DNA of 64,000 nucleotides from Collinsella sp. (GTDB lineage Bacteria; Actinomycetota; Coriobacteriia; Coriobacteriales; Coriobacteriaceae): NCBI GenBank assembly GCA_048368115.1, contig DBGBZQ010000071.1, positions 1,138 to 65,137 of the forward strand, read 5' to 3'. Shown piece by piece: positions 7,449 to 17,705 of this stretch (position 1 is its first letter; each line of letters starts with the position of its first letter). The notes under the pieces were generated by a model. It saw only the letters and a program-made list of their open reading frames with translations, ran no database searches and was not told where the DNA came from. The position numbers and the translations under genes were made by a program.

Positions 7449-10400
7449 ATGTACGTTCCACACCCCCGTATCCGTAGGCTGTCGAAAATCCCGCTTGTTG
7501 GGACGGCGGCGCTTGCTGCGTTGATCGCCACGAGCGCCGCCTGCTTCACGGCCACGCCCCAGGTTGCCCAGGCGGCAGACGCGCCCGCAATCACCGATAT
7601 GACCGAGCAGGATTATCAAGCCCTGGGTCTGGGCACGAGCGAGGACATTCCGGCCGATACCGTTGGCCCCTATTCCACTGATACCCCCACGACGTTTGCC
7701 ACGCGCAGCGAGGTCTATATGGCAGCTAACGGTAGCCATGGCAATCGCTACACTCTGCGCGACAAGCTCGAGAACGTCGAGCGCGGTGACATTGGCGGCA
7801 GCAGCAAACTCACCGATGGCTATGGAAGTGTGTGGGGCGCCGCAAAGTTCTGGCAAAACGTCAACAACTTCGATACGAACAGCGATCTCTACAAGCATAG
7901 CGACTACGGTGGCGGCACCTGGTCGTACCTAAGCAACAATGAGTCCTCAACAGTACTCGCCAACGACAACAACGGTTTCTCGGGCATTCACGCCACGAGT
8001 GTTGAGTTCTGCAGCGACGCCAGCACGGGCAAAAAGAGCCGCGTTGCCGAGCTCCGTGCCTACGGCGACAGTTCCTCCACGACGATTGACGGCAAGTCAT
8101 ACGCCGGAAAGGTTGAGCTGGTCCTCTACTCGTTTAGCAACGGGCGTACGCGCACTCTCGACACACACCTGCCGGTGACGGTCAACACTAATATGATGTA
8201 CGAAGGCCGTTTTAAGTACCTGGATGCCGGTTACCTGCAAGAGCACGACGCCGTCTTTGATGTCGAGGCGGGCGATGTCGATGGCGACGGCGTCGACGAG
8301 CTTTTTGTCTACGCGGGCTGCTATGTCGACGAGAACGGCGTGCGCAAGGCTGTAGTCGACATGTATGACTTGGAGGGCGGCAACTGGAAGCAAAGCGTCG
8401 TCAAGATCGATGCCGGTAACGCCGCGGACTACACCACGCACAACAAGGGCGGGAACGACTCCTGGACGCAGCTTCAGTCAGCTCCTGTCGTTTCGCTAGC
8501 GGCCGGCGACCTCGATCGCGATTTTTGCGATGACCTCGCCATCGTGGTCTCGGCACCCTACGGCAAGAAGAATATTGATAAGTCGACGCATTGTGAGCTG
8601 TTTTCGTGGGATGCATCCAAGGGTGCGCTCGTCCATGTCGATGCTCTGGGCGACGCGGGCGCAATCTCCCTCTCCGCGAACGGCAAGACCATGGTCGCTG
8701 CGAATGCGACGTTCGGCACGTTTGCCGCCTACGATGAAGAAGGAAAGAAGACGGGTGAAACCGTCACGGGCCTTATTCTTGCGGGCTATGACTGGCAACG
8801 CAGCGCTTTTGATTACGGCGCTTCTGACGGCAGCAAGGGGCTGTACGGCGCGCTGTACCGCTACGCGTATTTTGACTCGGAGTCTGGCGAGTTCAAGCTT
8901 TCCGATTGTAAGGAATACAGAGACGGGCTCCTCGCCTCCTATGGGCTGATGCATGTGCCCAACAGCGCATGGAAGGATAGCGCTCAGGATAAGCGCTATC
9001 CGTGCACCTTGGCGCCTATTGCCCTTGCCACTGCCAACCTTGACGGCCTGTCCGAGCAGCTGGCGGTTGACGAGGTGCTCGTGGGCGGCGATGTGTTCCG
9101 CGACTTTGCCTGCAACACGGCACAGAGCGGGGCTCAGGGCTTGGGGTCCATGGTCGGAACCATGAGCATGAGCGGTCAGCAATACAACAGCAGCAACAAG
9201 CATGACCACAAGGGTATAGAGCAGGTGTGGATCAGCGACGTCAAGGCGGGCAGCGTCTCGGGTTCGGACCGCTATAACGAGAGCTTTATCGCCGTGGTGG
9301 GCAAGCACCGCGACGAGGACCTGCGCAAGAACGATGACTACTATTGGATGACCGCCTCGCATTTTTCGCTCGACGAGAACGGAAAGGTGCGCCGCGGCGA
9401 GGAGCAGGTGATTAGCGAGAGCAACCGTCGCGGCACTACCTACGGCACATTTATCTCGCTCGCGCTGCCCGATGTCGACAACGACAGCGTCAAGATCACG
9501 TACAAGGACCGCTACAAGGTCTATACCAACCCGCGCGTGCTTGCCGTGCTGCAGGATGCGCCCTATGTTGAGGATCTGGAGCAGGCATACGGCTATCTGG
9601 TGTTGGGCGGCACGTCATACGGAGAGGAAAAGGGCACGGGGACATCCCAGGGCTATACCATTGGCGCCGAGTTGGGCGTTGCCGTCGAGGTGCAGACCGG
9701 TCCGCCCCTGGTCGCGATGAATGCTTCAGTCGATTTTGCCGCCGAGGGATGCTATGACTACCGGAGCGAGCGCACGGTCAGCGCAAGCGTAAGCTATGAG
9801 TCGCATGCCGGCGAGGGTGACAAGGCCGTGCTCTACACGATTCCGATGGTCTATTACGAGTATGAGATCGAAAATGAGGAAACTGGTGGCAAGGGCGTGA
9901 TGGCGGCGCCCGTGTCGCTCGGCGCGCAGACCTCGGTCGTTAATGTCGAGGCCTATGACCGCATTGCCAAACAGCACAATATGACGCCGCTCAGCTACTT
10001 TTTGACCAACCGGTCGGGAGAACCCGGAACCTATCAAACGACGCTCAACGGCGAGACTCCCGTTGGGGATTCCTTTGGCCTGGGCAAGCCTGGCGTAACG
10101 CGCGCCTACACGCACGATGGGTTTAACGGCGCCGCCGCGCAGTCGGGGGCGAGCATTGAGCAGACCATCGAAGTCGAGGAGGGCAAGGAGCAGGAGCTCG
10201 AGCTCGGCTTGACGCTGAACGGCAGCGTTGTCATGGGCGCGAAGCTCGCAAAGCACGAGTTGTTTGGCGGCCTGTGCTTTGGTGCCAACGCCGGCTTTAC
10301 TACGGGTAACTCTTCGAGTGAATCGACCGAATACGGCGGCACCGTCGACAACCTGCCCGAGGCCGCGCAGGGCAAGTACGGTTTTGTGTGGCGTCTGGGC

Positions 10401-11537
10401 GTCAACGCGGTGGATGTCGACAAGTTCGAGGCAGACTCGGGCGACAAGCTCGGCACCAAGGACACCGACCAGTTCTGGATCGTGGGCTATGACGTTAAGG
10501 ACGTCGAGATGCCCGACGCGCCGGCCGTGACGGGCTTTACGGCAAACGCCGTCGATTCGACCAGCGTTACGTTTAGCTGGGACGATGTACTCGCAAACAA
10601 GAGTGGCTTTAGCTACGGCGTGGGCATGCTGCAGAGCAATGCGGCGGATGCGGTCGTCAATAGCTGGAAGATTGCCGACAACACGCAGACCTCGCTCAAG
10701 TGGGATGGGCTGCAGCCCAATACGGAGTATCGATTCGCCATCGCCGCCGTTAAGAATGGATCCACGACCGAAACAGGTATTCGCTCGGCAATCATCACGG
10801 TCAAGACCATGCCCGATGGCATGACGATGACCGTGAGCGGACCTGCGGCGGATGCTGCGGAGGGGTCGGATCTTGGATACGACTCTTCGGTTGAGCGCGC
10901 GGCGGGAAGCCACCTGACGCTCTCGGCGATTGGCCATGTGAAGCAACTCGGTGCCGACGATAGCGAAACAGGGCTGGCACCGACCTATATGTGGTACCGC
11001 AAGGGCCGCGGCGAGACAGAGTTTAAGCTCGTGGGTGCCGATGGCAACCTCGCGGCTGGAACGGCCTCAAAGCTCGAGATTGACCTGACCGCAGACGATG
11101 ACGGTGCGCAGTATTACTGCCACGTGGGATACAACGACGTGGGCCTCGACACCGGCACGACGCTCGTGAATATCGAGGCCGGGGAGACGGCGCCCACAAC
11201 GGTGAACGCCACCCCGATCCGCACGCGCCGCCTGTTCTCACAGGCAAGTGCGGGCGCCAAGAAGTTCCTGGACCATACGCTGGTAAACACCGCCGGCCCA
11301 ACCGATTCCGAAGGCTCAAAGGACCCCGAGACTCCTGAGACCCCGACGAACCCGGACAAGCCCAAGTCCGACAACGGAGCTAAGACCGACACCAAGGTCA
11401 AGACTACGACCACAGCGAAGAACCTCGCAAACACCGGCGACCAAACATTCGCCCTAGTCGCCACCGCAGCAGCAGCGGGAGCAACGCTCGTAGTGATAGC
11501 CCTCATCATGCTGATCAAGCGCCGCAAGACCCACTAG
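7449..11537 (+). CDS. Large sortase-anchored surface protein with FG-GAP-like Ca-binding motifs, fibronectin type III and Ig-like domains, and LANTG
   Basis: Signal peptide ending AQA; GDVDGDGVDE and GDLDRDFCDD; FN3 motifs SVTFSWD...GLQPNTEYRFAIAA; DDGAQYYC; LANTG + TM + KRRK. Start chosen from the GAGG RBS. Confidence 0.85.
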   Translation: MYVPHPRIRRLSKIPLVGTAALAALIATSAACFTATPQVAQAADAPAITDMTEQDYQALGLGTSEDIPADTVGPYSTDTPTTFATRSEVYMAANGSHGNRYTLRDKLENVERGDIGGSSKLTDGYGSVWGAAKFWQNVNNFDTNSDLYKHSDYGGGTWSYLSNNESSTVLANDNNGFSGIHATSVEFCSDASTGKKSRVAELRAYGDSSSTTIDGKSYAGKVELVLYSFSNGRTRTLDTHLPVTVNTNMMYEGRFKYLDAGYLQEHDAVFDVEAGDVDGDGVDELFVYAGCYVDENGVRKAVVDMYDLEGGNWKQSVVKIDAGNAADYTTHNKGGNDSWTQLQSAPVVSLAAGDLDRDFCDDLAIVVSAPYGKKNIDKSTHCELFSWDASKGALVHVDALGDAGAISLSANGKTMVAANATFGTFAAYDEEGKKTGETVTGLILAGYDWQRSAFDYGASDGSKGLYGALYRYAYFDSESGEFKLSDCKEYRDGLLASYGLMHVPNSAWKDSAQDKRYPCTLAPIALATANLDGLSEQLAVDEVLVGGDVFRDFACNTAQSGAQGLGSMVGTMSMSGQQYNSSNKHDHKGIEQVWISDVKAGSVSGSDRYNESFIAVVGKHRDEDLRKNDDYYWMTASHFSLDENGKVRRGEEQVISESNRRGTTYGTFISLALPDVDNDSVKITYKDRYKVYTNPRVLAVLQDAPYVEDLEQAYGYLVLGGTSYGEEKGTGTSQGYTIGAELGVAVEVQTGPPLVAMNASVDFAAEGCYDYRSERTVSASVSYESHAGEGDKAVLYTIPMVYYEYEIENEETGGKGVMAAPVSLGAQTSVVNVEAYDRIAKQHNMTPLSYFLTNRSGEPGTYQTTLNGETPVGDSFGLGKPGVTRAYTHDGFNGAAAQSGASIEQTIEVEEGKEQELELGLTLNGSVVMGAKLAKHELFGGLCFGANAGFTTGNSSSESTEYGGTVDNLPEAAQGKYGFVWRLGVNAVDVDKFEADSGDKLGTKDTDQFWIVGYDVKDVEMPDAPAVTGFTANAVDSTSVTFSWDDVLANKSGFSYGVGMLQSNAADAVVNSWKIADNTQTSLKWDGLQPNTEYRFAIAAVKNGSTTETGIRSAIITVKTMPDGMTMTVSGPAADAAEGSDLGYDSSVERAAGSHLTLSAIGHVKQLGADDSETGLAPTYMWYRKGRGETEFKLVGADGNLAAGTASKLEIDLTADDDGAQYYCHVGYNDVGLDTGTTLVNIEAGETAPTTVNATPIRTRRLFSQASAGAKKFLDHTLVNTAGPTDSEGSKDPETPETPTNPDKPKSDNGAKTDTKVKTTTTAKNLANTGDQTFALVATAAAAGATLVVIALIMLIKRRKTH

Positions 11538-11563
11538 TAGCCAGTCGAACATATCGACAACCC

Positions 11564-11602
11564 AAAAACCCGGGTAGCCAAAAACAGGCCACCCGGGTTT
11601 TC
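11564..11602 (+). terminator. Intrinsic terminator
   Basis: AAAACCCGGGTAGCC-loop-GGCCACCCGGGTTTT. Confidence 0.7.
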
Positions 11603-11625
11603 TGTTGAGTGGAGACTCCGCAAGC

Positions 11626-11856
11626 GGAAACTGCATCCCACAATTAGCGCCCAGACCGGGACACATTTTCCGTCAAGCCCTCATCCGGAAAATCCATCCC
11701 AGTTTGAGCGCCCAGACCGGGACGCACTTTCCCAAAGGGTCCTCAACCGGAAAATACATCCCGGAATCCAGCTGAATAGTGGGACACACTTTCCCAATCG
11801 GGTCCCAAGCGGAAACTGCATCCCATTCCAGACAAGAATTCCGGGACACACTTTCC
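11626..11856. repeat. Second 62-bp-period inverted-repeat array (4 units)
   Basis: Arms at 11626, 11658, 11687, 11719, 11749, 11781, 11811 and 11843, with the same consensus and 18 / 15-16 nt spacers. Confidence 0.9.
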
Positions 11857-11942
11857 GCAAACAAAGAAGGCCACATAACGTGGCCTTCAACTTATATATA
11901 TGTTCGGCGATACACCCAAGACAAGCCACGCCCCAACATCAG

Positions 11943-12083
11943 GGCGTCTGTCCGGGCGGAGGCATATAAGGTTCATCGCGAGTTCCGCACGCAAAGGAGG
12001 CCACATAACGTGGCCTCCGTCTTGCGCAGGACTGTCCGAGCAGGGAACCTTATATGCCTCCGCCCGGACAGACGTTTCAGTTA
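11943..12083 (-). other. ~140-nt nested hairpin element, copy 2 (inverted relative to copy 1)
   Basis: Its reverse complement shares the core GTTCCCTGCTC..ACAGTCCTGCGCAAGACG.AGGCCAC...GTGGCCT.CTTTGCGTGCGGAACTCGCGATGA with copy 1. Confidence 0.8.
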
Positions 12084-12094
12084 TGAGCGACCCG

Positions 12095-14410
12095 CTACTT
12101 GATCTTGGTCGTGCCCGGTGCCAGGTTGGGGTCGGTCTCGTTGGCCTCGGTCTGGAAGTGCTCGGTGTACACGTTCTTGCCGTCGCGGAACATCTCGTAG
12201 TACTGCATCTTGGCGTAATCCTCGCGCGCCTTGGTCGCGGCAGCGGCAGCGGCGTCGTCGCCGGTGACGTTGGAGGAGAGCGCCCAGCTCAGGCTGGCGT
12301 CCTCGTAGCCCACGGAGTTGATGGCGGGCAGCGACTCGCGCAGCGTCATGTGCGCCTTCTGGTAGTCGGAGAGGGGTGCGCCGATCAGCTGCATAAGCTG
12401 CGTGGACAGGTAGTTGGTGGACAGGTCGTCGACCTCGCTCGTCTGGTCGCAGCCGGCAACGTCGTAGTTGGCCCAGATGATGTAGTCGGTCTGCCACAGA
12501 CGCTCCTGATGCGTGGCGTCGTCCTCGCCGGTAAACCACTTATCGTTGAACTTGGACGGGAAGAACGGCTGGTGGTCGCCCCAGAACACCACGACCACCT
12601 TACGGTCGAGCTTGCTCAGGGCGTTGAGGAAGTAGCGAAGCGCCTGGTCGGACTGCTCGATGCACGAGACATACTCGTCGACATCGGAGAGCGTACCGTC
12701 CTCGACGGTCTTGGCGTCCAGATCGGTCGTGTCGATGTTCAGGTGCATCTGCTTGTCGACCGGCAGCAGGCCCGTGTCGTAGCCCGAGTGGTTCTGCATG
12801 GTCACGTCGAAGATAAACTGCGGATCGGCGTTCTGATCGAGCAGCTCAAGAATCTTGTCGTAGGTAGCCTGGTCGGTCACCATGCCGCGCAGGGTGTCGG
12901 CACCCTGGAAGTCGTTGATGGACAGGAACTGGTCAAAGCCAAAGTCCTTGTAGACGTTCTCGCGGTTCCAGTTGGTGGCGTGGTTGGGGTGCATGGCCGT
13001 GGTGGAATATCCGAGCGACTTGAACTGCTCTGCCAGGTTCCCGGTCGTCTCCATGTTGTAGATGGTGTACGGATACACGCCCGAGCCCAGGTTGGCCATG
13101 GAGTTGCCGGTCATAAACTCAAACTCGGTATTGGCGGTACCGCCGCCGTAGGCGCTCACGTAGAGCTTGCCGCGGCTGAGGCAGTTGGACAGGTTCTTAA
13201 AGTACTGCGGGCCTTCGTAGCCGGCGCGCATGTTCTGGTAGATCGAAAGATCCGAGAAGGTCTCGTTCATGATGGCGATGACCGTAGGCTTCTCGCTATC
13301 GAACTGCTCCTTTGCGGCGGTGCGCTCGTCACTCTTGGCAGCGTCGGACTTGTCGTAGGCCTTGGCGTACTTTTTGAGCGTGGCCTTGGCATCGTCGACG
13401 GAGTAGTCGGCGGGTTTGGGCGGCTTGATGGACTGCGCTGCGCTAATGAAAGCGGGCAGGTAGCCCTCGCGCCAGTAGCTCTCGAGCGGGCGCCAGGTGT
13501 AGACGGTGATGCCGAGGGTGTTGTAGTAGTCGATGAGCGTGACGTGTGCGGTCACACCGCCCAGGCACAGCACGGCGACGAGCAGGTTGGTGAGCAGCAT
13601 GCGCTTGGAGTTGGCGGCGCCCTTCTGACGGTGCGGTGCCACCAGGCCGGCGTACTCGCACAGCAGCATGGCGATGGCGGTAAAGCCCATGGACAGCACG
13701 CAGAACAGTGAGATCGAGAAGGTGTAGCCGGTGCCGGCGACCGCGGCGGCGGTGGAGATGGCCGAAAGGTCGCCCGGCTGGATGGGCATGGATTTAAACG
13801 TGATGACGAAGAACTCGGCAATGCCCAGGACAAAGAGGGCAAAGGCCAGGACCGCGGGAGCTGCGCCGTGGCGCTGGAACAGGAAGAACAGGCCGACCAT
13901 GAGCGTGGTGATGATGGCCCACTCGAGCAGGATGCACAGGGGGTAGACCCAGGTAAAGTCGTGGTTGGACGATACCTCCATGCCTAGCAGCGCAAAGACG
14001 CCGGCGAGCAGCAGGCACAAGATGGCGGCGACGAGCGGTTTGCCCACAAAGGCGCCGCGCAGGCGGGCGAGCTTGCCGGTGGGGGCGGGGGCGTTGGGCC
14101 CGGCGAACGCAAAGACGCGCGGGGCGATGCGGTCGCGGGCGATGCTGGCCCAAGCGCAGCCGGTGAGGATGGCGTTGGTCAGGATGAGCATCACGAAGGC
14201 GAGCGGCTCGTTCTGCGCGACGAGGCCAATGGCGCCCCAGACGGTCAAAAAGAGCTGGAACAGGCCAAAGGCGACGCTCCAGGCGAAGGCGCCCTTGGCA
14301 ACGGTGCCCGACTGAGCGCGAATGGCCTTGGCCTCGCGCAAGACAAGGTAGACGGTCGCCGCAAGACCGACGAGCGAGATGGCGGCAGCGAACATGCTGA
14401 GACTCCTCAC
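12095..14410 (-). CDS. LTA synthase family (sulfatase-like) membrane protein
   Basis: Multiple TMs, then MNETFSD, GGGTANTEFE, HP, TMQNH and GDHQP. Confidence 0.85.
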   Translation of the reverse strand: MRSLSMFAAAISLVGLAATVYLVLREAKAIRAQSGTVAKGAFAWSVAFGLFQLFLTVWGAIGLVAQNEPLAFVMLILTNAILTGCAWASIARDRIAPRVFAFAGPNAPAPTGKLARLRGAFVGKPLVAAILCLLLAGVFALLGMEVSSNHDFTWVYPLCILLEWAIITTLMVGLFFLFQRHGAAPAVLAFALFVLGIAEFFVITFKSMPIQPGDLSAISTAAAVAGTGYTFSISLFCVLSMGFTAIAMLLCEYAGLVAPHRQKGAANSKRMLLTNLLVAVLCLGGVTAHVTLIDYYNTLGITVYTWRPLESYWREGYLPAFISAAQSIKPPKPADYSVDDAKATLKKYAKAYDKSDAAKSDERTAAKEQFDSEKPTVIAIMNETFSDLSIYQNMRAGYEGPQYFKNLSNCLSRGKLYVSAYGGGTANTEFEFMTGNSMANLGSGVYPYTIYNMETTGNLAEQFKSLGYSTTAMHPNHATNWNRENVYKDFGFDQFLSINDFQGADTLRGMVTDQATYDKILELLDQNADPQFIFDVTMQNHSGYDTGLLPVDKQMHLNIDTTDLDAKTVEDGTLSDVDEYVSCIEQSDQALRYFLNALSKLDRKVVVVFWGDHQPFFPSKFNDKWFTGEDDATHQERLWQTDYIIWANYDVAGCDQTSEVDDLSTNYLSTQLMQLIGAPLSDYQKAHMTLRESLPAINSVGYEDASLSWALSSNVTGDDAAAAAATKAREDYAKMQYYEMFRDGKNVYTEHFQTEANETDPNLAPGTTKIK

Positions 14411-14608
14411 AAACTAAAACGTACGAAAGCGGGGGTTTACCCGATTGTTACCAAGATATGCGCTGCAATTGGTGTCTGCGCACAACAACCAGCCATATTA
14501 ACGCGCACGTGTGGCGGTGTGGCGCAATGTAGTGGCGACCTGCGCGATAATGGACGGGAATTACACGGAAACGTAAAGGCTTCTTAAAGAATTAGCGAGG
14601 ATGAGGCG

Positions 14609-15457
14609 ATGAACGAGCAGGTTTGCACCAAGGCTGTGGATACGTGTGGCTATCCGGTCGAGACCACGGGCAATGCGGTGCTGGACACGTTGGAGTACCG
14701 TTCCTCCACGCGTGCCTTCGCGCGTGATGACGACGACCGTCCCGTGGCGGTGACCGACGAGCAGCGGGCGGCAATTTTGCATGCGGCGAGTCGCGCGCCG
14801 TCGGCGGGCGCCATGATGATGTATTCCATCGTGAGCATTCGCGAGCAGGCTACGCTGGATCGTCTGGCCGACCTGTGCGACCACCAGCCCATGATCGCCA
14901 AGGCGCCCTGGGCACTAATATTTGTGGTCGATTATGCCAAGTGGATCGATCTGTTTGAGCACGTGGGCTGCTTTGAGCCCGAGTTTGTCGAGCGTACGGG
15001 CAAGGCGCCCCGCCGCGCGCCGGGTTTGGGCGACTTTGCCATCGCGGCCCAGGATGCCGTGATCGCCGCGCAAAACGCCGTGGTTGCCGCCGAGGCTCTG
15101 GGCTTGGGGAGCTGCTATATCGGTGATATCGTCGAGAATGCCGAGGAAGTGGCCGAGCTGCTGGATCTGCCTCCGTATACCATGCCGCTGTCGATGCTCA
15201 TCATCGGCACGCCCCGCAAGGAGCGCCCGGCTATTGCGCATCCCGTGGTGAACCTGGTGCACGAGGAACGCTACTGCCGCGCCGATGCTGCGACCATGGA
15301 CGCGCAGGTGGCCGAGATGGACGCGATGTTCCGTCCGCATGCCCGCGAGGTAGGCGAGCGCGTGGTGGATATCTACACCCGCAAGCACACGAGCCCCTTT
15401 ATGGCCGAGATGAGCCGTTCCATGGAGTGGTGGTTCAAAAACTGGCTTGGAAAATGA
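14609..15457 (+). CDS. Nitroreductase family protein (NfsA-like)
   Basis: RSSTRAF, APSAG, DAVIAAQNAVVAAEALGLGSCYIG. Confidence 0.85.
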   Translation: MNEQVCTKAVDTCGYPVETTGNAVLDTLEYRSSTRAFARDDDDRPVAVTDEQRAAILHAASRAPSAGAMMMYSIVSIREQATLDRLADLCDHQPMIAKAPWALIFVVDYAKWIDLFEHVGCFEPEFVERTGKAPRRAPGLGDFAIAAQDAVIAAQNAVVAAEALGLGSCYIGDIVENAEEVAELLDLPPYTMPLSMLIIGTPRKERPAIAHPVVNLVHEERYCRADAATMDAQVAEMDAMFRPHAREVGERVVDIYTRKHTSPFMAEMSRSMEWWFKNWLGK

Positions 15458-15458
15458 C

Positions 15459-15494
15459 GGATGTGACAAAGGGACAGTCCCTTTGTTGCATTCC
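15459..15494. repeat. REP-like palindrome family A (ATGTGACAAAGGGACAGTCCCTTTGTCACATT)
   Basis: Degenerate copy; the others are at 28829, 39514, 41061 and 47265, with a half copy at 53988. Confidence 0.85.
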
Positions 15495-15616
15495 ATATCG
15501 CCGCTGTGGCCTAAAGGTCGTATAAATGTTTATCTAGCTGGGAAGACGGTGCCATTTAAACATGGGCCGATTACCTATAATCCCTTCGAACATTAAAGTT
15601 GGGAGGAAACCGGCTT

Positions 15617-17644
15617 ATGGAACAAAAGGCCAAGGAGGCAGCCTCGCACGCTGCGATTCCTGTGAGCATCTCGGCGATGCTCGTCACGCTGGGCGTGGTG
15701 TATGGCGATATCGGCACCAGCCCCATGTATGTAACCAAGGCGCTCGTCGCCGGCAACGGCGGCATCGGAAGCGTCACGGAGGAGTTCGTGCTCGGCGCGC
15801 TCTCCCTTGTCGTGTGGACGGTCACGTTGCTGACCACCATCAAGTATGTGCTCATCTCGCTGCGCGCCGATAACCATGGTGAGGGCGGCATCTTTGCCCT
15901 GTACAGCCTGGTCAAGCGCTGCGGCAAGTGGCTTATCATCCCCGCCATGCTGGGTGGCGCCGCGCTGCTCGCCGACGGCATCCTGACGCCGGCCGTTACC
16001 GTTACCACGGCCATCGAGGGCCTGCGCACCATCCCGGCGGTCCATGCCGTGCTGGGCGATGACCAGGGCCGCGTCGTCGCCATTACGCTCGCCATCATCA
16101 TCGTGCTCTTCTTGGTACAGCGCATCGGTACGGCCAAGATCGGTCACGCCTTTGGCCCCATCATGACGCTGTGGTTCCTGTTCCTGGGCGGCACGGGTCT
16201 GTTCTTTGTCTTCCAGCACCCCGCCGTGCTGCTGTGCCTCAACCCGGTGCGCGGCATCGCCTTTTTGCTGAGCCCCAACAACCACGCGGGCATCATGATT
16301 CTGGGCAGCTGCTTCCTCGCCACCACCGGTGCCGAGGCGCTCTACTCCGACATGGGCCACGTCGGGCGCGGCAACATCTACGCTACCTGGCCGTTCGTTA
16401 AGTGCTGCCTGCTGCTTTCCTATATGGGCCAGGGCGCTTGGCTTATGAACAACGCTGCCAACCCCGAGCTCATGGGCATTGCCGACCTCAACCCGTTCTA
16501 CCAGATGCTCGCCCCGGGCCTGCGCCCGTTTGCCGTCGGCCTTTCCACCGTCGCGGCCATCATTGCCTCGCAGGCGCTCATCACCGGCGCATTCTCGCTG
16601 GTGTCCGAGGCCAGCCGTCTGGATCTCATGCCGCACATGCAGGTCTTCTACCCTGCCGAGACCAAGGGCCAGCTCTACATCCCCATGGTCAACAACGTCA
16701 TGCTTGTCGGCTGCGTCATCGTGGTACTGCTGTTCCAGAACTCGGCGCATATGGAAGCCGCCTACGGCCTTGCCATTACGCTGACAATGATGTGCACCAC
16801 GCTGCTGCTCTTCTTCTACCTGCACGAGGAGCGCAAGCTCAAGGTTGCTCCGTGGATCTTCGCAGCCTTCTTCCTTTTGCTCGAAGGCTTCTTCTTCGTG
16901 AGCTCGCTCACCAAGTTCTTCCACGGCGGCTACTTCACCATCCTCATGGCTGCACTCATCATGGGCATCATGGTGTGCTGGTACAACGGCACGGCTGTTG
17001 AGCAGCGCCAGTTTACGCTGCTGCCGCTGCGCAGCTACCTGCCGCAGCTCAAGCGCCTGCGCGATGACGATCGCTACGAGCGCCTGAGCGACAACGTCGT
17101 GTACCTGACCAAGGACACCCATACCGACTACATCGACCGCGATATCGTCTATTCGATCTTGGACAAGCATCCCAAGCGTGCCCACGCTTGGTGGTTTGTG
17201 AATGTCGAGACCATGGACGAACCGCACACCTTTGCCTATTCGGTCGAGACGTTCGGCACCGACTACGTGTTCCGCGTGCATCTGTACCTGGGCTACAAGA
17301 TTAACCAGCGCGTCAATGCCTACTTGCGTCAGGTTGTTCAGGACCTGGCCGCCACTGGCGAGCTGCCGCCGCAGACGCATGACTACTCGGTCTACAAGGA
17401 TCCGGGTAACATCGGCACGTTCAAGTTCGTCCTGATCCGTAAGCTTCTGGCGCCCGAAAGCGATGTGGAGCCCAGCGAGCGTACGGCCATCACGCTCAAG
17501 TACATCATCCGCCGTGCCGCCGGCACGCCCGCGCGTTGGTACGGCCTGGAGAACTCCAACGTGAGCTTTGAGTACGTGCCGCTGTTCACCAAGTTCAAGG
17601 CCGTGAACAAGATGCAGCGTCTGGCTCCCAACGAGCGGCCGTAG
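15617..17644 (+). CDS. kup: KUP/HAK/KT potassium transporter
   Basis: GVVYGDIGTSPMY, ADNHGEGGIFALY, TGAEALYSDMGH, AAIIASQALI. Confidence 0.93.
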   Translation: MEQKAKEAASHAAIPVSISAMLVTLGVVYGDIGTSPMYVTKALVAGNGGIGSVTEEFVLGALSLVVWTVTLLTTIKYVLISLRADNHGEGGIFALYSLVKRCGKWLIIPAMLGGAALLADGILTPAVTVTTAIEGLRTIPAVHAVLGDDQGRVVAITLAIIIVLFLVQRIGTAKIGHAFGPIMTLWFLFLGGTGLFFVFQHPAVLLCLNPVRGIAFLLSPNNHAGIMILGSCFLATTGAEALYSDMGHVGRGNIYATWPFVKCCLLLSYMGQGAWLMNNAANPELMGIADLNPFYQMLAPGLRPFAVGLSTVAAIIASQALITGAFSLVSEASRLDLMPHMQVFYPAETKGQLYIPMVNNVMLVGCVIVVLLFQNSAHMEAAYGLAITLTMMCTTLLLFFYLHEERKLKVAPWIFAAFFLLLEGFFFVSSLTKFFHGGYFTILMAALIMGIMVCWYNGTAVEQRQFTLLPLRSYLPQLKRLRDDDRYERLSDNVVYLTKDTHTDYIDRDIVYSILDKHPKRAHAWWFVNVETMDEPHTFAYSVETFGTDYVFRVHLYLGYKINQRVNAYLRQVVQDLAATGELPPQTHDYSVYKDPGNIGTFKFVLIRKLLAPESDVEPSERTAITLKYIIRRAAGTPARWYGLENSNVSFEYVPLFTKFKAVNKMQRLAPNERP

Positions 17645-17705
17645 GCGCCGACAGGTTGCACGGAGTTGGTTTTCGATGGACAAGATTGAGGCCGGGGAGG
17701 CAAAC

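Noticed and set aside
15495..15616. c-di-AMP (ydaO) riboswitch upstream of kup
   Set aside because: The leader is short and I see none of the conserved motifs. A cmscan would be decisive.
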